A DNA stretch of 32,000 nucleotides from Candidatus Saccharimonadota bacterium (lineage in GTDB: Bacteria > Pseudomonadota > Gammaproteobacteria > Enterobacterales > Enterobacteriaceae). Within the stretch, counting starts at the first letter, position 1. Each line of letters opens with the position of its first letter. This document shows positions 21,068 through 31,007 of the stretch, piece after piece. The notes beneath the pieces were generated by a model. It was not told the DNA's origin. It searched no databases and saw nothing but the letters and a program-made list of their open reading frames with translations. Both the position numbers and the translations under genes were made by a program. Location of the stretch: NCBI RefSeq assembly GCF_000973505.1, contig NZ_CP010048.1:600001-632000 (forward strand), in the 5' to 3' direction.

Positions 21068-22297
21068 TTAAAATTTATTAAATTTAAAGACAGAAACTTT
21101 TCCATTTTTTTCATAAACAACTAATTTGTCAAAAACAATTATTGGTGTACTAAAAATACTCATACCAACTTTTTCCCTTCTAAACAATGAACCATCCTTT
21201 TTAAATAACCAATATACATAACCGTGTTGGTCACCAAACAAAATATGATCTTTATAAGATACTATCGAATTTAATTGACAAGACACCCCAAATTTCTTCT
21301 TCCATATCACATTACCATTACTAGAATCAATCGCCAATATACAAGAATATTGATCCACCAAATAAATAACACCATTTTCCATTATAATATTAACCAATGA
21401 ACCTATATCTCGTGACCATATCAAATCACCAGATACAATATCTAAAGCTACGATATTACCATTATAAGCAACAGCATATACCACACCATTCATTACAATT
21501 GGTGCTACAATATCCGATAATCGGTCAATATCTGTAATACCTTTCTTCACATTAGAAATTTTTCTTTGCCAAATTAATTGTCCGCTAGTAATTTCACATG
21601 CACTAACCACACCAGTAGTATCCCCAATCACTACAATATCTGAAGAAACAACAGGTAATAATGTAACCAAAAAACTTAAACCGGAAGGAATATCTAAATC
21701 CACCTTCCATTTGATAATACCGTTTCGAGCATCCAAAGCATGAAGTACACCGTTATTGGTATATACTATAACAAAACCTTGACTAACAACAGGGGTAGAA
21801 ATCACCTCTCCAGAAACTCGCGCAATCCAGCAAATATTACCAGTATTTATATCTAAAGCATATACTTTAGATGATTCACTACCAACGTAACAATGCCTTT
21901 TATCAACAGCGATATCAGTAGATATTAACCCCCCATGACGACTAACCAGCCAATAATTAAAATATAAATCAAATAATTTTTTTGACCAAATACACACACC
22001 ACTCTCAATATTCAATTTTTTTACAACACCATGACGATCAGCTATAAAAATATAAGCTCCATCATCCTGAACAACAGGATTGCTATTTAAATAATAATCA
22101 CATGCTCCGCAACCAATTTGATTCGTCCACAACAATTTCAATAATGACCGATCACTACTATTAATTTTATGCTGAAAAAACAACGTATTCGGAAAAAATA
22201 AACCATCATGCTTTAAAAAAGCATATCCATAATTATTATAAAATATCATATATCGAATTATTAAAAATATACAAAACAACCAATAAAAAAATTTCAT
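21068..22297 (-). CDS. bamB: Outer-membrane assembly factor BamB (YfgL) beta-propeller
   Basis: 409-aa ORF aligning with E. coli BamB. Matching segments include ADRHGVVKKLN, YVGSESSKVYALD..TG...W, GVLHALDARNGIIKW, IDRLSDI, MNGVVYAVAYNGNIVALD..SG..IW and IYLVDQ. It lies between der and hisS as in E. coli. The N-terminus is hydrophobic but lacks a canonical lipobox. Confidence 0.9.
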   Translation of the reverse strand: MKFFYWLFCIFLIIRYMIFYNNYGYAFLKHDGLFFPNTLFFQHKINSSDRSLLKLLWTNQIGCGACDYYLNSNPVVQDDGAYIFIADRHGVVKKLNIESGVCIWSKKLFDLYFNYWLVSRHGGLISTDIAVDKRHCYVGSESSKVYALDINTGNICWIARVSGEVISTPVVSQGFVIVYTNNGVLHALDARNGIIKWKVDLDIPSGLSFLVTLLPVVSSDIVVIGDTTGVVSACEITSGQLIWQRKISNVKKGITDIDRLSDIVAPIVMNGVVYAVAYNGNIVALDIVSGDLIWSRDIGSLVNIIMENGVIYLVDQYSCILAIDSSNGNVIWKKKFGVSCQLNSIVSYKDHILFGDQHGYVYWLFKKDGSLFRREKVGMSIFSTPIIVFDKLVVYEKNGKVSVFKFNKF

Positions 22298-22538
22298 AGC
22301 ATATCAATTGTACCCAAATTGTATATATAATCTTTATTGCATATATATATCATTCAAAGGCCATATTAATAATATTAAATTTAAACATATAGACAATTAA
22401 AACACATCACATAAATAATCAAATCATTTCAAAAAATTTATCAATGAGTTAAATCACATCAAAATAATATCTAACTAAACACAATCAACAAAACGCAACC
22501 AATAATAAAATATTACCTTAACTCGACTAAGAATATTA

Positions 22539-23846
22539 TCAATTACTCTCAAAAATAGATAACAACTTATCAATTAACAAATTTTGCACTAGTTCTTCTT
22601 GCTTACCAAACCGAAAATCTTTTAATATAACATGATCCTTTAACATTTTATTGCTGCCTACCACTAAAGCAACACGGGCACCATATGCATATGCTTTTCT
22701 AAACTGTTTTTTTAAATTTACAATTCTATAACTAATGTACAATCGTATAGTAGGCAATATATCACGAATACGCTCTGATAGTAATATAGCACGCTTATAA
22801 TCAGACATGTGAGAAATAGCAATATATATATCTATTATATTTGGAAATATATTTCTACACAATTTAGAATTAATTGCACTAATTAATAAAAACAAACGAT
22901 CTAAACCTACAGAACAACCTATTGCAGGAGTAGAATAACCACCTAAATTACGCACCAAAGTATCATATCGACCACCAGCACAAACAGTATTTTGAGCACC
23001 TAAACAACTAATATTACTAATCCATTCAAACACAGTTCGATTATAATAATCTAAACCACGAATTAAACGGGGATTTATAATATATGAAACCCCTCCTGCA
23101 TCTAATAACTCACATAAATGACTAAAATGAACACGAGACTCAGAATCTAAGTATTCTGTTAATATAGGAGCATTATACAATAATTTTTGAATATTTTTAT
23201 TCTTGGTATCTAAAATTCTAATTGGATTAGAATGCAAACGCCGGCGAGCACTTTCATCTAAAATATCTATGTATTGCAATAAAAAATTTGACAAATCATT
23301 ACAATATAACCTTCTAGAGTCCAACGAACCAATAGAATTCAATTCTAATGACAAATATTTACTAATTCCCAAAAGTTTCCAAAAACGAGCAGTCATCATA
23401 ATCAATTCTGCATCAACACCAGGTCCATAATTACCAAACATTTCAACACTTAACTGCTGGAATTGACGATACCTACCCCTCTGAGGACGTTCACGCCGAA
23501 ACATTGGACCAATATACCATAAACGTTGCTCTTGATACCTATTATTATAAAATAAACCATGTTCAATACAAGCACGCACACAACCGGCCGTTCCTTCCGG
23601 ACGTAACGTCACGCTTTCTCCATTACGATCATTAAAAGAATACATCTCTTTCTCTACTACATCAGTTACCGTACCAATAGCACGCTTAAATAAATGTGTT
23701 GATTCAACAACTGGGGTACGTATTTCATTATAGCCATATCTAACAAGCATATCGATAAGAACCGTCTCTAAATAACGATATAAGGCCGCATCTTGAGGAA
23801 AAACATCATGCATACCACGAATAGCTTGAATATACTTTAAAGTCAT
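22539..23846 (-). CDS. hisS: Histidine--tRNA ligase
   Basis: Collinear with E. coli HisS. Matching segments include [80 protein letters not shown] and VCAGGRYD. The track start at 23891 is a TTG that adds a 15-aa hydrophobic extension. The ATG at 23846 ([12 protein letters not shown]) matches the E. coli N-terminus. Confidence 0.94.
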   Translation of the reverse strand: MTLKYIQAIRGMHDVFPQDAALYRYLETVLIDMLVRYGYNEIRTPVVESTHLFKRAIGTVTDVVEKEMYSFNDRNGESVTLRPEGTAGCVRACIEHGLFYNNRYQEQRLWYIGPMFRRERPQRGRYRQFQQLSVEMFGNYGPGVDAELIMMTARFWKLLGISKYLSLELNSIGSLDSRRLYCNDLSNFLLQYIDILDESARRRLHSNPIRILDTKNKNIQKLLYNAPILTEYLDSESRVHFSHLCELLDAGGVSYIINPRLIRGLDYYNRTVFEWISNISCLGAQNTVCAGGRYDTLVRNLGGYSTPAIGCSVGLDRLFLLISAINSKLCRNIFPNIIDIYIAISHMSDYKRAILLSERIRDILPTIRLYISYRIVNLKKQFRKAYAYGARVALVVGSNKMLKDHVILKDFRFGKQEELVQNLLIDKLLSIFESN

Positions 23847-25075
23847 AACAATAACTATTAATGTTAATAATAATACATTAATGTAACTCAATCATCACAT
23901 TAATATAATGTGGTTACTATTTTTAATGCCACCGATTAACCACGAATATATTTAAAATTAAATACACTTTAAAAATTAACTACACACAAAAAATTATTTT
24001 ATGTTGTTTTTTATTTTTATATACGCTGTACTCACATAAATTACTTGCATTACAAACATACACTATATAAAAATATCAATTTTTACACACTCTATACAAT
24101 CACTCAAGTAATAATAAAAACATTATAAAAAAATAATTTTATTTAACATTTGTATCCTGCATTTACTCTTCTCACGCACCATGACAAATGATCTACATAT
24201 GCATATCAACAAATAACAAAACTATTATCTATTTTTTAATACATGGAATACTTAAAAAAATATCACCAATAAATTATTTCACCCCTTCAAATAAAATCTA
24301 TATTCTTAATAATACACAACTCACAACAACAATACATTCATTCAATAATAAAATATTGTCAACACAATTAACCTTATCATGCCATTAAAAAAAACAAAAA
24401 CACCAGCTTTAATAATACACAAAATATCAAATAATTTTTTCACAAAAAATATACAAAAATAACCAATCAACTTAACTATTAACAATGAATCTAAATTTTT
24501 AATACTAACCTTAGAATAATCAAAATTAAATTTATATAGAATATATAAATATTTCATACTAAATTATAACAATACTTTTATAACATATCATTCATATCTT
24601 TTCCTAAATTACGCTAGCAAAACAATATTCTCATGAACGCAGATTAAAAAAATAAATACACATATACAATCTATAATAAATTCAATTTAATATCACCAAT
24701 TATAAAAAAGATAAACCACAACAATTAAAATCAACATTCAATAAATTAAAATTCCAATAATTAAAATAACTACTGATATTTCATAAAACATATATATACT
24801 TTTTAATATATTGAAAATATTCAAAAAACTCACATTCAAACATCACTACTTACACAAATCAAAATAACCTCTTTTGAATCACACATTTATTTAATTACAG
24901 CCCAACATCTATATAGCAAGGTTAATAACCATCCATATTAAGATAATCAAATTAAAATATATAAACACCACACATAAATACACATTAAACATTTAATGAA
25001 TAACATTTAAAACATTACACACCTTCTTACCTCTTTTCAAAAGAAAACAATAAAACACATTCTTTACTATAAGTA

Positions 25076-26056
25076 CTACATAGGTATTGTTAATCGCGTA
25101 ACTCTATGCGGATGAACAAACTCATCCAAGTTCACAAAATTACCTTGATATCGTATACTAATTGATCTAGGTGACCCAATAACCAATCTATAAGGAATCT
25201 GACCTTCTAAATTTATAACATCACCAGAATACTTTGTACCTACAAATAATATTTTATCATTAGCATCAACAACCTCTACCCAACACTCAGATGTAAAACT
25301 TAAAACTAAAATATGTTTATATAAACTATTACTATATGTGACATTATTAATATCATTCATGACATTATATTTTGTACTATAACTGTCTATACCGAGAGAA
25401 AAACTCTTGATATTTTTAAAATCACAAAAAAACCATGATAATGGACTCGCAATATTATCAATACAATATAAACTGCTTATGAATGAAATATGACAATTTT
25501 TATCCAATGAAAAACTTCTTGCAAATTGCTGTGTTAAATATGGCTGATTATATTCAGAAATAACAAAAGACTGTATGGATCTTAAATTAGCTATACCAAA
25601 ATAATTAGTTTGCGAAAATCCATTTTGTGAATACCATTTCACCATAAAAATACAAAATACAAACAATACACAACAAACAAAACCAAATACAACCAATATT
25701 CTATATTGTCTATATAAATCTAACACACGAAATTTTTTACTTGTATTCACAGCACAAGACATTTCATCAAATCGCTGATTCAAAAAATCTGTTTCTATAT
25801 CATCAATATGTACTAAACGTGCATAAGAACGAATATAGCCATATAAAAAAATCGACGCAATTTTCAATTTGTGTATATTATAACAACCATCTTCAATATT
25901 TTTTATAATAGATAATTTTAAACATAAACAATCAGCTACACTTTCTTGAGTTAAACCTACAGCTTTACGCGCTTGACGCAAACGCTCACCTATCGAAACA
26001 AATATTGATATCTGTTGCCCATTATCACTAAAATTATAATTTTTATTAATATCCAT
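25076..26056 (-). CDS. rodZ: Cytoskeleton/shape protein RodZ (YfgA)
   Basis: 326-aa ORF. The N-terminal HTH IGERLRQARKAVGLTQESVADCLCLKLSIIKNIE and FLYGYIRSYARLVHI match E. coli RodZ. A single TM segment (ILVVFGFVCCVLFVFCIFMV) is present. The C-terminal domain ECWVEVVDANDKILF...NLEGQIPYRLVIG....I.YQG..V matches RodZ. It lies next to rlmN as in E. coli. Confidence 0.88.
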   Translation of the reverse strand: MDINKNYNFSDNGQQISIFVSIGERLRQARKAVGLTQESVADCLCLKLSIIKNIEDGCYNIHKLKIASIFLYGYIRSYARLVHIDDIETDFLNQRFDEMSCAVNTSKKFRVLDLYRQYRILVVFGFVCCVLFVFCIFMVKWYSQNGFSQTNYFGIANLRSIQSFVISEYNQPYLTQQFARSFSLDKNCHISFISSLYCIDNIASPLSWFFCDFKNIKSFSLGIDSYSTKYNVMNDINNVTYSNSLYKHILVLSFTSECWVEVVDANDKILFVGTKYSGDVINLEGQIPYRLVIGSPRSISIRYQGNFVNLDEFVHPHRVTRLTIPM

Positions 26057-26245
26057 GTATCAAATTTATATACAACTAACTACATATCTCAAATTATCCA
26101 ATAAAAATATAACAATATACTAATTACAATAACACATAACCACTAAAATAAAAGATACATCTTTATTATAATCATCCGATGCCGCATATACATAATATTT
26201 CAAATATTATGATATCATGAATTATATACCTAATTATCTTTAAAA

Positions 26246-27355
26246 CTAAAAATATTGTCTTTTTTTAATAACCACTCCAACTAATTGACCACATGCAGCA
26301 TTAATATCGTCACCTCTAGTTTCACGTACTGTAGCTAATAATCCATATTTTGATAAAATCTTTAAAAATCGACAAATTCGATCTTGCGAACTGCAACGAT
26401 ATAATGAATCTGGAATAACATTACAAGGAATTAAATTGATTTTACAAGGCAAATTTTGTAAACACTGTACTAATTGATACGCACAATTCACATAATCATT
26501 TACATGATCTAACATTATGTATTCTATAGTTACACCACGATTACGACTCACTGTTGATTTAGACACATAATATTTTATAGAATCAATCAAATCACAAATA
26601 TTCCATTTTCTATTAATGGGCATAATCCTACTTCGAATAAAATCATTAGGCGCATGTAAAGAAATCGCTAATGATATATCAATCATCATATCAGCTAATT
26701 TTTTTATAGCAGGTACAACACCAGAAGTAGAAAGAGTAATTTTACGTTTTGATAATCCAAATCCAAAATTATCTAACATAATTTGTATTGCTATAACTAT
26801 ATTATTTAGATTTAATAAAGGCTCACCCATACCCATAATCACTATATTGCTAATAGGAGGGCCAAAAATATGATTAACATTAATCATCCTAGCAATACTC
26901 CATACTTGACCAATAATTTCAAAAACATGTAAATTTCGACTAAAACCTTGTCTACCAGTAGAACAAAAATCACATTTTAAAGCACAACCTACTTGCGAAG
27001 AAATACATAAAGTAGCTCTCATATTTTTAGGAATATATACTGTTTCAATTTGTTGATGATCAATTTTAAAACAACATTTTATAGTCCCATCACGAGAATA
27101 TTGACGATTAACCATTATAGGTGTACGAATTTCTGAATGCAATTTTAACTTCTCACGCAAATTCTTTTTAATATCAGTCATACCATCAAAATTGTCACAA
27201 TAATCATGATAAATCCACTTCATAACCTGATCAGCACGAAACGACTCTTCACCCAATGAAGAAAAAAAAACACGCAACTGCTGACGATTCATATTCAATA
27301 AATTAATTTTATTCTTATTACTAATAGTAATCGAACAACCTACTGAATCGGTCAT
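26246..27355 (-). CDS. rlmN: Dual-specificity 23S rRNA/tRNA A2503/A37 C2 methyltransferase RlmN (radical SAM)
   Basis: 369-aa ORF collinear with E. coli RlmN. Matching segments include [41 protein letters not shown] (CxxxCxxC), [58 protein letters not shown] and [12 protein letters not shown]. Confidence 0.95.
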   Translation of the reverse strand: MTDSVGCSITISNKNKINLLNMNRQQLRVFFSSLGEESFRADQVMKWIYHDYCDNFDGMTDIKKNLREKLKLHSEIRTPIMVNRQYSRDGTIKCCFKIDHQQIETVYIPKNMRATLCISSQVGCALKCDFCSTGRQGFSRNLHVFEIIGQVWSIARMINVNHIFGPPISNIVIMGMGEPLLNLNNIVIAIQIMLDNFGFGLSKRKITLSTSGVVPAIKKLADMMIDISLAISLHAPNDFIRSRIMPINRKWNICDLIDSIKYYVSKSTVSRNRGVTIEYIMLDHVNDYVNCAYQLVQCLQNLPCKINLIPCNVIPDSLYRCSSQDRICRFLKILSKYGLLATVRETRGDDINAACGQLVGVVIKKRQYF

Positions 27356-27556
27356 GATATTATGACACTCTGAAATATTTTAATATGCAAAAAAATAATA
27401 AATAATGATTTAATTAAAAATTCTAAGTATATATTTCACAATATACTTCAACAACATCTATATACAACCTTACAAATCATACACTACACTAATAAACGTG
27501 AAAATACACTAAACACACCTAAACAAACATTTATACATATAAATACTGTTATCCTT

Positions 27557-27994
27557 TTAAGATATACACACACGAGTATAAATTTCTTCTTCAGTAAAAA
27601 AATAAGAAATTTCACGTATTGCAGACTCTACAGAATCAGAACCATGTACTATGTTTTCAACACAACTATCAGCATAATCTGAACGAATAGTACCACATAA
27701 AGCATTAGCAGGATGAGTGGATCCCATAATTTCACGGTTACGACGAATAACATCTTCACCTTCTAAAACCTGTAATATAACAGGACCAGAAATAATAAAA
27801 TCAATTAAACTTCTAAAAAAAAATTTATCTTTATGTTCTAAATAAAATTCTTCAGCTTGATTTCTTGTTAATTGCAACATTTTAATGGCAACAATATTAA
27901 AACCAGAAATCTCTAAACGATTAATCACAGCACCAATTAAATTTTTACAAATTGCATCAGGCTTTATAATCGACATAGTACGTTCTTTAGCCAT
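27557..27994 (-). CDS. ndk: Nucleoside diphosphate kinase
   Basis: 145-aa ORF. Matching segments include [42 protein letters not shown] and [16 protein letters not shown] (catalytic His). Confidence 0.95.
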   Translation of the reverse strand: MAKERTMSIIKPDAICKNLIGAVINRLEISGFNIVAIKMLQLTRNQAEEFYLEHKDKFFFRSLIDFIISGPVILQVLEGEDVIRRNREIMGSTHPANALCGTIRSDYADSCVENIVHGSDSVESAIREISYFFTEEEIYTRVCIS

Positions 27995-28187
27995 AATATA
28001 ATACTCTTTCTAAATTTATTGAAAATAAAACACAATATCCTAAATTTTAAAAAAATAAAAAATTTACTAAATAAACCGGAAACACTATAACTCATAAACA
28101 AAACAACCTATTTATAAAAAATTAATAAAAAAACAAATAAATCAAAAAATCATATCCAAAATTACATTTGACTCGATAATAATTTAA

Positions 28188-29351
28188 CTAATTATGACAC
28201 AACAAACATATAGTCTTAATCAGGAAAGACATTTGACGTACAAGAAAATCAATTTCCTCTTCAGTTGTATACCGTCCAAAAGATAAACGTATTGAATTCA
28301 ATGCTAATTCTTGACTAAGACCCAAAGCACGTAATACATGTGATGATTTAAAATTAGAAGAAACACAAGCAGATTTAGATGAAACAGCAATATCCTTTAA
28401 CGCCATTAAAAACATTTCACTATTTATATTATCAAACGTTACATTTAATATTGTTTTTACATTATTTTCTAAATCTCCATTAAAAGAAACTCCTTCAATA
28501 CCTTTCAACCCTTCTAATAAACGATAATATAATTTCCATAAAAATGGCATTTCAGTTATCATTTCTTGTTGAGCAATATTACACGCCTCACCCATACCAA
28601 CAATTTGATGAACTGGCAAAGTACCAGAACGTACACCCCGCTCATGACCACCACCATGAATTTGAGATTCAAGATCAATATTTGAATTACTACAAATATA
28701 CAACGCGCCAATACCTTTTGGACCATATAACTTATGAGCACTAAACGACATCAAATCTATAGGCGCATCTGACAAATTAATACATAACTTTCCAACACTT
28801 TGACTAGCATCAACGTGAAAAAATATACCATTCGAATGGCACAAATTACCAAAAGAAACTATATCTTGAATAACACCAATTTCGTTGTTAACATGCATTA
28901 TTGATAATAATATTGTATCATTTCGAATAACATCAACAATTTGTTTAATAGAAATTAACCCATTTTTTTTCGGGGTAACCCGAGTAATCTCAAATCCTTG
29001 AGATTCAAGATAAGAACATGTACTCAATACTGCCTGATGTTCAGTAGCACTTGTAATAATATGACGCCCTTTTTTCCCACAATAACGATAAACAATACCT
29101 TTAATTGCTAAATTAATCGATTCAGTAGCACCTGAAGTAAAAATTATTTCATCAGAATTAGCACCTACCAACGAAGCAACTTGATTGCGAGCAACATCTA
29201 CAGCCTCTTCCGCTTGCCAACCATAATAATGAAAACGAGAAGACGCATTACCAAACACTCCATCCAATGTAAGATATTTACTCATTTTTCTTGCAACTCT
29301 TTTATCCACCGGCGTGGTAGCTGCATAGTCAAAATACACGGGTAATTTCAT
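28188..29351 (-). CDS. iscS: Cysteine desulfurase IscS (C-terminally shortened)
   Basis: Collinear with E. coli IscS from [16 protein letters not shown]. Matching segments include [58 protein letters not shown] (PLP Lys), [23 protein letters not shown] and VSSKSAC (catalytic Cys). The track start at 29366 is a GTG extension, and the ATG at 29351 matches the E. coli N-terminus. The protein ends about 18 aa earlier than E. coli IscS. Confidence 0.92.
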   Translation of the reverse strand: MKLPVYFDYAATTPVDKRVARKMSKYLTLDGVFGNASSRFHYYGWQAEEAVDVARNQVASLVGANSDEIIFTSGATESINLAIKGIVYRYCGKKGRHIITSATEHQAVLSTCSYLESQGFEITRVTPKKNGLISIKQIVDVIRNDTILLSIMHVNNEIGVIQDIVSFGNLCHSNGIFFHVDASQSVGKLCINLSDAPIDLMSFSAHKLYGPKGIGALYICSNSNIDLESQIHGGGHERGVRSGTLPVHQIVGMGEACNIAQQEMITEMPFLWKLYYRLLEGLKGIEGVSFNGDLENNVKTILNVTFDNINSEMFLMALKDIAVSSKSACVSSNFKSSHVLRALGLSQELALNSIRLSFGRYTTEEEIDFLVRQMSFLIKTICLLCHN

Positions 29352-29823
29352 ATAAATTAAATCCACACAAAATACATGTTATCATATTTCGCTAAAACAA
29401 TATAATCATTTTAACTAATCATCAAAAAAATAACGCTATAAAATCACACAAATATTTAGTAATATACATAACAGTTATTATTTATTATGATTAATATTTA
29501 TATTAATACAAAATATTTTATATATTATGTAAAAATATTATATTTTATAATTATACTATAATATATGTGACATTTAATCACTAAACCAAAAAAATAAACT
29601 ACTTAGTTAAGGAAAATATAAAATAACAAAATCTTCAAATTTCATACAAAATTATTAATTTTCTGTTTATTTGATAATTAATACACACCGTTATTCTTTT
29701 AACAACAAAACAAAATTAAAAAAAATATTTATTTTATAAAATACACATTATACATGTATAATACATGCTAATAATACTTCTATTAAAAATTACCGATTCT
29801 TTTACAAATTATTCACATCAAGG

Positions 29824-30624
29824 ATGAATAAAATTATGCGTCCAATGCTTAATGTTGCTATCCAGGCCATACGACAAGGAGGAAACTTTATTATTAAACA
29901 ATATGAAATGTTAAACACTAAACATATAAAAACTTTAAAAATAAAAAATGACCTACTTATAAATATTAATAAAAAAATAAGCCAAATTATCACTAACGTT
30001 ATTAAAAAATACTACCCTCTAGATACTATTTTTATAAAAAACCAACAAAATTGCATGAATTTAAATAACAACACACAGTGGATAATTAATCCATTAGATA
30101 GTCAAACTAACTTTATAAAACATATTCCATATTTTGCATCATCTATCGCTGTTCAAATCAAAGGAAAAACAGAAATTTCAGTAGTATACGATCCTATCCA
30201 TAACGATCTATTCATCGCCAGCAAAGGACAAGGCACTCAACTAAATGGTTATCGAATTCATAATTATATTACTAAACAACTGATACACAACTATGAAATT
30301 ATAACTTATTTTCCATATTATAACAAAGAACACACTACTATAATGCATACATTAAATAATAAACTATACACCATAAAACATGATATAGATTTTCGATATA
30401 GTGGCGCTATTACACTAGATTTCGCATACGTTGCTGCTGGTCGCATTAGTGCGATATTTGCAAGTAATCTAAATACATACAATTTTACCAGTGGTGCACT
30501 CCTCATACAAGAAGCAGGAGGATTAATACTAAATTTAAATCAACATAAAATATCCAACAACACATCCAAAAACATTATTGCTGGCAGCCCAGCATTAATA
30601 AAATTAATAATCGCTAAAAATTAA
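29824..30624 (+). CDS. suhB: SuhB / inositol-monophosphatase-family protein with degenerate catalytic motifs
   Basis: 266-aa ORF collinear with E. coli SuhB. Matching segments include RPMLNVAIQA, WIINPLDSQTNFIK..PYFA.SIAVQIKGKTE..VVYDP..N.LF.A..GQG.QLNGYR, DFRYSGA..LDFAYVAAGR and LLIQEAGG. Homology favours the second ATG at 29836 (MRPMLN...). AAGGA lies at 29819-29823. It sits between iscS and glyA on the + strand as in E. coli. Confidence 0.88.
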   Translation: MNKIMRPMLNVAIQAIRQGGNFIIKQYEMLNTKHIKTLKIKNDLLININKKISQIITNVIKKYYPLDTIFIKNQQNCMNLNNNTQWIINPLDSQTNFIKHIPYFASSIAVQIKGKTEISVVYDPIHNDLFIASKGQGTQLNGYRIHNYITKQLIHNYEIITYFPYYNKEHTTIMHTLNNKLYTIKHDIDFRYSGAITLDFAYVAAGRISAIFASNLNTYNFTSGALLIQEAGGLILNLNQHKISNNTSKNIIAGSPALIKLIIAKN

Positions 30625-31007
30625 TATTTATATTTTGCATTTTATAATAAAAAATACAACAAATACCAAACAAACAATAACCATTGTTATACTAACTAAT
30701 TGTATAATTATACCAATTATATTACAACAATATAATCAAATAAAATCTTTAAATAAAAAGATAACATTCAAGACAAACAACAAAATTACCATACAACCAA
30801 TATTTAATTACATCGAATACAAATTAAAACACACATATAGTTAATATATAACAATATATATAATATATAATGAAATTTCAGAAAATGAAAAACAAGACAT
30901 AACACTCATTATAAAATAAATCAATGCAACACAATAAATACATAAATTAAAAGATATTAACTACAGACATACACTAAATGAACAAAATAATCTGAAATAT
31001 TACTACA

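Noticed and set aside
23847-23891. N-terminal extensions in the ORF track for hisS (23891), dapA (6565), ureG (9090), iscS (29366) and bamC (5621)
   Set aside because: All begin at TTG or GTG and add residues absent from E. coli or Klebsiella homologs. In each case an internal ATG reproduces the homolog's N-terminus, so the shorter models are preferred.
23910-23943. Inverted repeat gtggtta / taaccac upstream of hisS, as a terminator or attenuator
   Set aside because: The arms are 7 bp but are separated by a 20-nt loop and lack a convincing T-tract. It is too weak to call.
24188-24557. Two small ORFs (24188-24388 +, 24342-24557 -) in the rodZ-hisS spacer
   Set aside because: They mutually overlap and are low-complexity, matching spacer composition. 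They have no ribosome-binding site and no similarity I can see to IspG or any other family. I treat them as chance frames in a decayed region.
27262-27270. Homopolymer A8-A9/T9 tracts inside coding regions (talA 1103-1110 and 1182-1189, dapE 5113-5120, guaA 15653-15661, mqo 18901-18908 and 18993-19000, der 20497-20505, rlmN 27262-27270, ndk 27815-27823) as possible frameshift or transcriptional-slippage sites
   Set aside because: Poly(A)-associated frameshifts are known in insect endosymbionts. Here every tract is in frame and the flanking protein sequence aligns with homologs on both sides. There is no evidence of disruption in this window.
30635-30844. 69-aa ORF downstream of suhB
   Set aside because: It starts at a TTG, and its Asn/Thr/Ile/Lys-rich product mirrors the A-rich spacer. 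It has no ribosome-binding site and no motif.
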